This document shows positions 18,391-30,300 of a DNA stretch of 64,000 bases, one piece after another (within the stretch, counting starts at the first letter, position 1; each line of letters opens with the position of its first letter). Below the pieces are notes generated by a model that saw only the letters and a program-made list of their open reading frames with translations, searched no databases and had not been told where the DNA came from. This stretch comes from Barthelona sp. PCE (lineage: Eukaryota), in contig JAUFOR010000004.1 of assembly GCA_040285745.1 (NCBI GenBank), positions 930,001 through 994,000 of the forward strand, in the 5' to 3' direction. The position numbers were made by a program, and so were the translations under genes.

Positions 18391-21300
18391 ATGGTAATAC
18401 AGGATAACGAAGTGGTTACCAGCGGGTTAAAGGGGTTCTTCGGAAAGCATTTGAGCGCTCATTTATCACGATCAGATATTTCTCAGCTTTTGAACAATGA
18501 TGTGTTTAAGTTTAGGTTGAATTACTTTCTATTTGAACGGCACACAACTATTGTCTACGTATTTAAACCAAAAAAGGAGTCTATCCCTATTCTTTCTTCT
18601 AATGTTGGTCCTCCAGGATCGCGCTCCAATTCATTTGTTGGCGTATTTGATAATACGGAGGAGACAGAGTATGTGGTGAGCTTTGATTGTCCATTTGCTC
18701 ATGCAGAGCATATAGTATTCTTTATAAAGTCACCTCCTTTTGTTTATTCGCGAGATGAGTCTTCTCTTTCCGTAGTTGTAGGTGCAATCACACAGCCCAT
18801 TCTTAACAGTCTTAATGGACTCATCAGTGGAGTTCTAGTACCACTGGTTGATAATTTGATATCATTGAATATGCCCAAGATTTTGCTTAGCCCAGTTTTA
18901 GATCCACTCTTTTCAGAATTGCTTATACACTTTCAGTTTTTGAATGCTGTAAGTGATATGACATGCGCAGAAAATGAAAACACTGTTTTACTGCCTTTAC
19001 CCCCAAGTCTGAACAATTCTCCGAAGGAATTGATCGATATGTATATTGATTTATGGTACAAGCAGATATCGTTGGTGCTGAAGAAGAATCATGAGATCAA
19101 ATGTCCACTAGATGAAGTGATTTTCTGGTACAATAGAAAGAAGATCCTTAAAAGTTTGTTACGTCAGTTGAATTCAGCACAGCTCAAGTCTTTTCTTATT
19201 AATAACCACATCAATTTCTCAAAGTTTGAGATGAGTATAGAAGAGGAGTTGGTGTTGGCAACAAAGATATATGGATTGCTGAAACCCACACGCGAGATCT
19301 TTGAACAGTTTAATAGCATCTCCATACAGGAGGTCATCTCCTTCATTCCTGCACTGTTTGAGTGTTTTTATCAACTATGGCTTATCAGTCATGATGTGTA
19401 TGTTAAGGGTATGAATATCAACATATTTAAGCTCATGAAATGCATTGCTTTGGTTGTTATTGACAAATGCAAGGCATTTTTGCACTGTGAAGAGATATTT
19501 CTTTTTGATTACATTAAGTATGATGAGCACAACAATCAGTACAAGTTGAAATTGATTGATGATTCAATTATTGAAAAACTCTTCCTGAAATCAGGTACTC
19601 TCATCAAGAAGTTTAAGCTGGTTGTCAACATTTGTTCCACAATTAAGAATGTTTTCTTTGACTATAAGTCCAAAGCTAGTACAAATCATGGAGTAGACGG
19701 TAAAATTACAACACCGCGTCGAGGATCAGTTGTTGAAGAGGAAATTAAAAAGGCAAAGATCGTAAAAATGGAAAAACGGCACATTCTTTTTGATTGGAAT
19801 GCAATTAATAATACACAGCTCTTCAAGGAGCTCGATATGTTCATGGACAGGACCATGGATCTTTTTGAGCTGTTTAAGATCTTTAAACACTTTACCCTAA
19901 TTGACAACATTAATTTCAGCCAGATTTTCCAAAACGTTACCAAATACGATGATCTTAACACAATAATAAGTCAGTATTGCAGAGATATTCGCAATCACAC
20001 TGTGCACTGCATAATCAGCATCACACAAGGTACTATCGATCGATGTTATGATGAGTATTACGTTAAACATGAGGGAAGAGATGGTGAGGAAGTAAGACAC
20101 ATGTCATACAAAGAATACTGTGATAAAAAATTGGGACTTTACGAGTGTGATCCTATAAGTTTTAATTCTGCCTTTTATGACATGGAGAAAAACGCTCAAG
20201 TGTTGGGCACTGAGCTAGCTGAGTTACTGGATGGCGGTTTTTCAAATTTATACGATCTGACTGGATCTATCGAGCTTCTTATGTTCCTACAACCTCTTCA
20301 GCAAGACCCTGTCCTTCTAACTGTTGCCCGTGTATTGAACAAGGCGTTCGTGACTATATGCGCTCACATATACAGGCAAACGCAGATGATTGCGTTGAGC
20401 GCTGGGGTTTCATTGGTAGAGTTGGATGATATAGTAATACCACGATTACCTCTGCCTGTGGAACCAACATCGTCGCATCAAGGCCAGTCGGAGTTTTCCG
20501 AGCTTACAACTGTCCAAAAATTACAGAGATATGCCAACTGTCGGGATCTCATCAACAAATTCCGAGAGAAGTTCAACCACTTGAATTTTTCGGCGTTGCC
20601 GGATGACGTTATCCTCTCACAGAATACACAGTACAAGAGACGTTCGGAAAAGAGCGAGAATGATAAACTTATTGAGCTTGGAAACATTCTTCTAAAACCA
20701 GCGTCTGTTTATACTCCCTTTGAGCTGTTGTTGCTGGTTAACAGTGTTGTCAAAACCTGCTTTGCAAACTCATTACGCTTCCTTGATGGCGCAGAGGCAG
20801 AATTTGCTGGTAGAATCGCTCAGACATACAGAGACTTCTTCTCAACAATCAACGAACAAGAAGATTATATTGAAGGATTTCTGCGTTCGAGTTTGCTCAT
20901 TCTTGAGGCTCCAGAAAGCAACGAATTTCATCTTGACAGTGAGGAGGAGAGCGTGAGTGAGGCAGAAAGTATAGAAGAAGAAGAACTAGATTTGGACAGC
21001 GATATAGACCATCTAATGAAATCCATTCACGACGCTGTTGATGATGAAAATGATAAGAGTGAATTGACGCTTAACTTTAGTTTGGTTAGTAATGTTGAGG
21101 ATGATGTTAGGTTGGAGATTCCATCCATCAAAGATAGTGACCTGATTGGTCGTCATGTTCTTGTCAATAAGGATCCTGTGATTAATGATCTGATTTTTGA
21201 TTGCAAAGCTGTGTGTAAGTTATTTAGTATAAGTGAAATATCAGATATTCAGGTTCCCAATATCGTTACACGTTTGGCTACATTTTCTAATGTTTACAGG

Positions 21301-24300
21301 CGTATTATCTTCACTCTTTCTTTCACCATGAACATGTATAATGATACCCTTGTTCACATCAACCATGTGATACGTGCTCTACTGTATGGTCCAATGGAGC
21401 GCTGCGTTTCATTGTTGGAAAAAGGTTTGGAGTTGTGCTGGGACGGTGTTGAATGTGAACAGTTTGTGAACGATCTTCGCTCAGACATAATGTTTTTGCT
21501 CAACCGTGTTCAGTCATTGAACTCTATTTATGTACTCATTCCCAATTTTTTCGATGGACTTATGGACCAAGGTGTGTTAAATCTTTCAGACAAAACGTTT
21601 GAATCCCTTGGTAGTTTCATCAAATATGTGGATGGAAGTATTAACACTCTAATTGAAAGTATTAAGGCTTTCAATGTGGATCTTACAGATTTGTTGCAGC
21701 AGGCTTACAATCAACTTGATATATCACACGGTGAACCGTTATGGACGGAGTTCGTACAGTCAATTGTTGACTTACTGACCCCGCGTCTGGAGCAGCTCGT
21801 TGAGAGTGAGCTGAGCGGATTACTAGCATTCTTAAAAAGAGAGGACTGCATTATGGGTGATATTGTCTTGAGCGGATGTCGTGTTGAGACAACACCCAAT
21901 CATTTTAAAGAGGCAGAGATTATGTTTATCAGTGATCAGTCCATTGATCTTAAGCATCGCAATCTATTTTTCATTGTGAAGAATCTAATCGATCGCATGC
22001 TTACAGTCCCCGCATTCATTAATATCGGGCGTCCCACAGCTGATAACATTTTGCTTACACTTGACACACCCCGTTTTATGGAGGTGAACCGAAATTTTAG
22101 CATTGATCTTCGAAATCATGTTTTTAGTGTGGAAAAGTCAAGGGATGTTGGTAATCTGAATGACTTTGAGGGAGTTTCAAAAATTGGTCACTTAACCTTA
22201 GATATCTTCAACGTTGTTGAACGTATATGCGGTGACATATCAAGTATTGTTGGCGAGCTACATGTTAGCTTTGATCCTTTACTTGCAAGCGATCAGCTCA
22301 GCAGTATGATTGAATTTCTACCAATTTCAAAGTATATGATCAGCGAGATTCCTTTAGTATCCGATACATTCCCATCGCTTCCAGTTCTCGATGACAGTGC
22401 AGGATTTCTCAAAGCACTTCAAGATCAGTTACATCAGGTGAAGTTGTTACAGAGCGATATTCTTTCTCTGCCATTGAAGAAAACGAGTAATTGTGTTATG
22501 TTTGATTTGTATCCGTTGCAAAATTCACTATTAACACGAATTTCACGTGTTACAAATTCCGTACGCACGTTATTGTTTGAGATTTTCACTGTTTTGAGCG
22601 ATATTGTTGATGGAGAGATCAGTTTGTATGATGATCAGCTGAACAGTGCACAAAAGACGCTGAACTATGTTATGAATATTAATACTTCCAATTCATATCA
22701 ATCTGCATCACAATATAACATAACGACAGAGGAGGATAAGGAACGTTCCATCTCAAGAACCGAGGTTTTCAACTTTTTCTACTGCCTCTTTAAGTTCAAA
22801 CTGAACTCGAAGTTTATTGATATTTGTATCAAGCTGTGGAAGAACGCCCTCGTTATCATTGAGGGCGTCTGGCCCTCGTCCACTTTACAGTTGAATAACG
22901 TATTCACGAAGTTAAGCATTCGTTTCAGAAACCTGTTGACGATTCGTGATACAATTCTGCCAAATGTCGTTGTCTTAGGAACGAAGTTTGTTGAGCATAT
23001 CGAACTGAAACACGATGATATCTTGGAGAAGGCCAACACAATGTTTAACAACATACAGCAGAAAGCACCCTTCACTGTTCAACGACTTGTAATTCCAAAT
23101 TTGGACGATCAATGCTTTAGCACTGCATTTTCAATGATAGATGACTTTTTCGAACAGTTCACTACACTTAAGGCCGAATGCGAAGAGTTAGATGAGATGG
23201 AGGAAGTCTATGGAGAAAAGATAGTTGGTGAGGTCCCAATTGCTTCGATTGAAGATCTTCTCAATGAGTACCGTGACTTTTGGAACATTTACAAAGAGGC
23301 CAATGAGTTGGTTATAGTGTTCAGGTCTTCTTTGTTCTGCAACACTGATCTTTTTACATTCCAACAGAAAACAGAGAAGATCATTGATAGATGTGATAGT
23401 ATGATGTACTCGCAGTCATTCCTTAGTGATTGGTATCCGACCCTCAAGTCTCTGCTTGATTATTTACCGTTGGCAAAGAGGCTGGAGCAGAATTCGATCA
23501 CTGAATACAGTTGGCAGCGAATCAGCAACCTTGTTAATGAGAACCTCTCTGGTAAGCGTGAATTCTGCAATATAATTCTATGGCCTGAAGTTTTCAGTGA
23601 TGATAACGCAGTTAAGAAAATTTCAGACATTATCAGCAGCGCTGAACGTGAGGAGGAGAATCTTGAGGTTCTCAATGGGCTCACAACTGAGTATCAGCAC
23701 TGTTCATTCCATTCATCCAAGTATAGCGTTTCATTTCCGCGTGCATCATGGATCACCAGTGTTTTCATGGCGAATGAGGCTGAAGCAAAGCAAATCATGA
23801 GATCAGTTGAGATCTTGATGGCTAAATACCGTAAGAATCGCATACAGAAACCATTTAACAGAAAATCAAGAACTCGAAATGAAATCGATGAGATATCAGC
23901 TGCTATCGTCATTCAGTCTACATGGCGTGGATATTACGAGCGTAAGATGCGTTCTTTTGAGCCTGGGGTAAAAATGTTGATGGAGATTTCCCGCAGATAT
24001 CGTGCAGCTGTTGTTATTCAGAGTGCTTGGCGCGGTTACATGGTCCGAAAGAAAATGTGGAAGAAGCAGACGAACAAGGAACATATCAGCATAGACATAT
24101 ACTCCATCCGCTCCTTCTCTCTTTTCTCCAAGAATTTTACTGTCGCCTCAGCGGATACTGTGATGAATTTGTTAACCGTGGATGACTGGGGGTCTATTGC
24201 GTCAGCAGCGGAGTATATTGGCCCATCAATGCGCCTAAGACACCACATGGATGAGTTACAGAACGCAGTAGATCGTGAAACACCACGTTTATCTCTCAAG

Positions 24301-27300
24301 TTTGAGGACTGGTTCAAGCGTTTAGCTGATATCAAGAGGTTGTACGCCATGTTATTTAGCGTATGTTTTGCAACCGAGGGTATTTTAAATCTGGCGCTTC
24401 GTGCTGTCATGTCGACGTCTTATGTCCCTGCGCCTGAGAAGAAGTTATCACTTTCTCATTTATATCGCGCGTTCTGTAACGTCTTAACCTTGTTGTTGAC
24501 GAAGCGGTCCATTACGGCTGCATGTGATAATGAGATTTTCGAAGCACTTTTGGAGATGAAGGGGTACATTAACCGATGTGTTGATGACTTTGTTGAACCA
24601 TTTTGGATGTATGAGGTTGAGCGTGCGCCACTGCTTCGATTTATTCGAGCTGGTCAGCTTCCAATTATTGCTATTGCGTTTAATCGTTGTTTGGATAAGG
24701 ATATCATGTTTGATTCTCGTATATTCAAGCTGGAGCGTTCCACTCTCAACTTTTTGGCAAATCGATGTTTCAGCAATGTACTGGCTCTCAATATTAAAGA
24801 TAACGAGATCGTCTCAGTTGTTGATATGAATGGTACTAAGATGAAGCTCAATCCGCCAATTTCTCTTTTGTACCGATTCTCCTTCAGTTTGTTCATCAAT
24901 ACAGTTGATCAAGTATTGGAATTAACAGTTGATCACATTTTTGAGTCAGCCAAACTTCAAGATCTATCTGAGAAAACTACTGCAAATGATTTGATAGCAA
25001 TGATAACAAAGGTTCCTGCTTTATACGGCAGATGCTTCATCTCATATTTTGTTAGCAATGTTAATTGTACAAGGGATAAGATCGAGTCACTATTGGCTGA
25101 TTTGGCGTGTTATGTGCCCGAATCACACCTCCAATGCCTCGTACCAATGGCAATCAGACTGTGTGCGGCTGAGAAGGATCTGAAGCTAGAGTTGGATCTG
25201 GACGAGTTGATGTCATCGCCACGATTCATACCGACCCTTCCAACCCTTCCTCTTAATATCTTACCGAATTTGGAAGTACATAATGTTATGGAGATGTTAA
25301 AAAAGCACCGGCTTCTTATTGTACACGATTCAAAAGGTTACTTTGAGCATCTTATACGCGCCCTTCTCTGCTTAGAGGGAGTTTGTATGGTAGATGACAG
25401 TAATATTGACGATAACGAGTTCTCTTTGGAACAGATGAAGAGTAATGCAAAATATGCCTTCGAAAACAATCATGTTCTCATTGTGCGCAACATTAAGACG
25501 CTTTCATCTGCTGTGCGCTGTCAGTTCTTACAGGCTCTCGAGGCATGCGAATGTCAGGTCTTGGTTCATTGGCCAAGTAGCAGAGTGTTGGAGTTTGGTT
25601 CTTTCAAACGCTATAAGTTACAGGGACGTGTCACAAAGATGCAACTGCGCGCCCATCTTGTAATACTATGTCTTCAAAAACAGTTGCCGAATGCCGTAGA
25701 GCTTAGTAACCAATTGGCGAGTATTATTGTGCAACTCAGATGTGTGCTTAGTAATTATCAGGTACAGTTTCCAATCAGTTCAGCGCTCATAAATCGTATG
25801 CTAAATGGTACGAGCAACCTTTATAGGCGTATGTTAGGCGATGAAGAGAGCGACATCGAGCTATGTGAGCAGGTGGCTGCATTTGTCATTAACAAGTTAG
25901 TTTTGCTTCACTCGATTCCTATCGAGACACTACAGTTAGGGCACACTCATATCGGGCCAGTTATTGTCGACTTGGAAGACGTGGTGCGTCCTGTACTTAA
26001 CCAATTGAGCCCTCTATATGGACACATCGAACACTGTGATTTGCCGTCTGAGTACGATGTATTCACTGATCGAGTATTGAACACTGACGACATCACACTG
26101 CCGATGCGCCCGTATGCTCGTCTTTTGTCTTCATTCTTTGATACAACAGATTCTTGTGTTGTATACGCAACCAGCGGTCATCCTATTGCAATCAGTAAGG
26201 TACTTCTCAAGTGCTGCATGACTGTCGGGTATGTTATGAACATTAAGATCCGCAGGCTTGGGAATTTAACGCCCAGGCAGCATGTCCGCTTATATATTCA
26301 GCAGCTTGAGGAGCATTTGTTCTCGATGCCGTATGTTGGCGATTTATTAGTGCTTTTCACTGTTATGGAAATTGAAAGTCAGCTTGCTTTTGCCATAATT
26401 GACCGATTGAAACGTAAGTTCATCCAATTGTCATCTGTTCCTCAGATTTCAGAGCGCTTCAGCTCATGGCGGATTTTTACGATGTGGTTCAGGTACATTC
26501 CCAGTAGCGTTGCTGATACTGATTTGTATCAACACGCAAAACTCTCTGTACCACACCACCCAAGCGAAAGTCTGGGTATGTTGTTCTCCGAGTTCTGGAA
26601 GCCGCATGGAAAGTCTGATCAGCTATTATCGGTCATGTGCCTACCATCAATTGTTCTTCCTTTCTTCACAGAAACATATATTAAGGTGTTCAGTATTCCA
26701 TTTGACCACAAGCGCATCATTGATATTTTCTATTCCCTCATCTGCTCATCCCAATATCAGAGCATGTACGCTCCGTATCACATTCTTTGGTGTGGTGTTG
26801 AAGTTCGCACACATATGTTGATGAGGATAGCACGCGGATTCGAGAAGTTTGGACCAATGGAGCTTCTATGGACACTTTATTACGTTCTCACCATTCCACT
26901 TGCAGAGAAATACCGCAAGGAATTCGATACGGTGTTTGACAAGCTCATTGCACAGCCCTTTATTGAGACATTTAATATGCCTCCTAACAATGCCTGTGGT
27001 GCACATCTTAAGAATGTGTATATTGAGTTGGTGACCAAGGAATCGTTTAAACAACAGACCCAGAATCATTTGCGTAGTACTTTCCTACGTACTTCATTTA
27101 TTGTTCGTCCCAAGGTTAAAAGCCGTTTGCAACACGATCAAAATATGACAAGATCAAAGACAGCGTGGTCAGTTTTCGAGAGCATCGCTTGTATTCCCAT
27201 TGAGGATATGCCTCCATTGCTGTTGTCTGGTAATATTCCACTCAATGACATGGTCAATTATCTCATGGATAGAAACAAGACTCATATTGAGGTCTATATC

Positions 27301-30300
27301 ATTCGTGTCAGTCCGTTTACCACACCAGAAGATATTGTAAGTGCATTGCTGGCCCCATTCGTCAGATTAAACGATCAAATCTCGCCTAAGCGTCGCCGTG
27401 GATTCAACCTTTACTATTTCAAAGACTTCCACAGGATTCCTGCTTTTTGTTTCAGCATGTTAAGTGAATTGTTGGTTGATAAGCATGTTTTCGTGGAGAG
27501 GGACAGGAAATACGTACATTTTAACAGAACACTGTTCTTTTTAGAAGGTGAATTCACCAAGCCAGCAATCTTTCCTCCTAATGATGAATTTGCTGGTTTG
27601 TTTGTACCTATGTGTGGTATTCTCACACTTCGTTTCTCCGATTCCTTGAACACGTCAATAGTTGGCACACTTGCCAAGGCGTGGAAAATTGGACCCACTG
27701 ACAGGAATTATTATTTGCTGGAGGCGGCAGAGCAGACGATTGCATATTGTCTTTCACTTTTCCGTCAAGTGTTCCCATTGAGTTTTGGGCGCGAGTTCCT
27801 TAGTTGTGACTGGCTTCTGTTAGAACCCTACATCACACTCATCAAGGAACATGCTCCGAACGTCGATATGTTCGGTTCGACATTTGTCTATCTCATAGCG
27901 ACTGTTCTTCAGAGTTGGTCGCTGAAGGCATCCACTACTTCTGAACGTAAGCTCATCAGCCAGATTATCGACCGATCCATCCGTCGATTCTTCCCTGCCG
28001 ATGCTGTGCTCCACATCAAGAGTGTATCAGACGTACTCCTGGTACCAACGAAAATCGCACGCCTGCTGACAAAGCAAGCAAAGTCGAACCAAACAATGAT
28101 CGATCAGTCCATCATATGTGATGGGCTTGTTGCCATTAACCGCGTCAGTATTTTCCGTCGTCGTCTTCTTCGATACCTTGTTGGATCATTTACCCACGTT
28201 GTATCCCTCCCAGTCGTTTTCCTTCGTCTCTTACTGCATCTCTGTCTTTTAATTGAGGGATCGTCTCATGTCAGTCTGGTTGGTCCCGCCTCGTCAGGTA
28301 AGAACTTACTCTGCAGAATCGCCCTGCGTTTACTGTGCGATTCTGAGATGGGTAAACTGTCTGTCATGAGCCTTAAGGATGTTTTGTTTGATCAGAAGAG
28401 TACGCTTGAGTTTGTTAGAGCAATTGTGATTGATAACAGGCGTATTATGCTTCGAATTTCTTGCTCAGACGTTGATACATTAACACACTCTCAGAAGAAC
28501 GTGTTAAGTTGCGTTTTTGAAGAGTTGCTGTGTAAGAATTCGTCATACAACACAATGTTGCGCATTATCAGTGATAAGACTGTTTCGATCCACTCGGAGA
28601 TCCACGCACAATTGTCCACAGGTCGACTCAGTTACCATGCAATTGATGGCGCTTTCGTTGGACAACTATCGAAGAACGTACAACTAATTACTACGATTAA
28701 CTCTCAGAGGCTTCTTGAGCAAGAGATTCTTCAAATGTTTGTAAGTTCATTCACTCTTGCAACAACTCTACATGTTCCTGTATGGAATAAGGAGGACTGG
28801 GTTCTTGCGAGCTCTGATGTTATCTTACAGCTGAACAGCAAGTATCCCTTGCACCTAACCTCTGTTGAACGTGATAACGTCTGCTATCACATGGCAACTG
28901 TTTTCTCTCAGTTGAGTAGAAACCTCAGCCGCTACTCCAACAATGTTGTGTTTCACGATGTCGTTGAGCCTGCCATTGCGCCAGACGACCTTGCGGTTTA
29001 TATCGAACGATTTACCAGTCTCAACCTCTTATTATTTGAGTATAACTCTCGTCGTTTACATCTCATCAAGGCGAGCCATAAGTTCGTGCAGTTTGCAAAC
29101 AAAAGTCTTGAGTTGCAGCGAAACGAGCGCCAGACTCTCCGGAAGAAGCTCGACTTTTTGTCTCACTCAGTTGGTGAGCTTATCAGCCAGATTGCGGATG
29201 AGAAGCTCCGACTCCAAGTGTCGAATGAAAGCCTCGATAACGAGCGCAAGCTTCTTTTGACTGAGAATGACCGTCTTGCCGTTCTTCAGGAAGGCTTTAA
29301 TGCAGAAAATGACGTATACATGCGTCATAACATGCATTTTAAGGAGCTCTTAACGAAGATTAGAGACCTTCCAGTGACAGATCACGGTACGATTGAGTCA
29401 GCTGATTACCTAAATCTTAAACTCATGTCATCACCGGATCTGTCTCTTTGCTTACTTTCGAAGTGCATACTTGAGATTATCAGTTCCGATTCAGTACCAG
29501 CTGAACCGATCGACTCCTTCTTCCGACTTAAGCGAACGATAACGAACTTCCCAGGTTTTGTTAAGCTGTTGTTTATGTTCAACATTACAGAGATCAGTAC
29601 AAGCACAGTCATTACACTTGAGCGCGAGTCAAACACGCTTCATGACCTAACCGAGCATAAAAATTCCATCGTTCGATTATTTTACGAGCTTATTGCAATT
29701 ATTCCAATCTTACACAGTGCTATACAGCTGAAGAATAGCCGTTCAGATGAACTGAACCTTTGCTTGCGTGAGATTGAAATTCTTCGTGCTCGTGAATCGC
29801 ATGGTGAGCAGAAGGTGCGCGCAAGTAATAGCCGTGTCAACCGTTTGCGTTTGGATCTTTTAGCACTCATCAACGAGAAGACCATAGTCCAGCAGGCATT
29901 CGATGGTGTTAATGAGATATACTCTGTGCTTCAACTTGTGTCCAATGGAATGGACGAGGTGACAGCATGGACAACAAGTGTGGCATCTTCTGTCGTTAAC
30001 TCATCAATTGTGACGCCTGCAATATCATATCGAGAGACGACTTCAATAACTTCATCTGTAATTGCAACAACTCCAAAGGTGAAGACTAGTAGTAGAACGC
30101 TCGATACACCGAACACTCATACGTTCTCACGTTCTGAGCTTGGTCTTGGTACGCCCCATAACGTTGAGGCACCTAGGGAGCTCAGTCTCCACACTCCTGT
30201 TCCCACTTGCGCAATAGTCGCTGTCATCCTCACAATTCTTCCGAACCTTCCGGGAGAGTACCATCGCTCTGTTCTATCATTGGTTGTTGATGATATGGTG

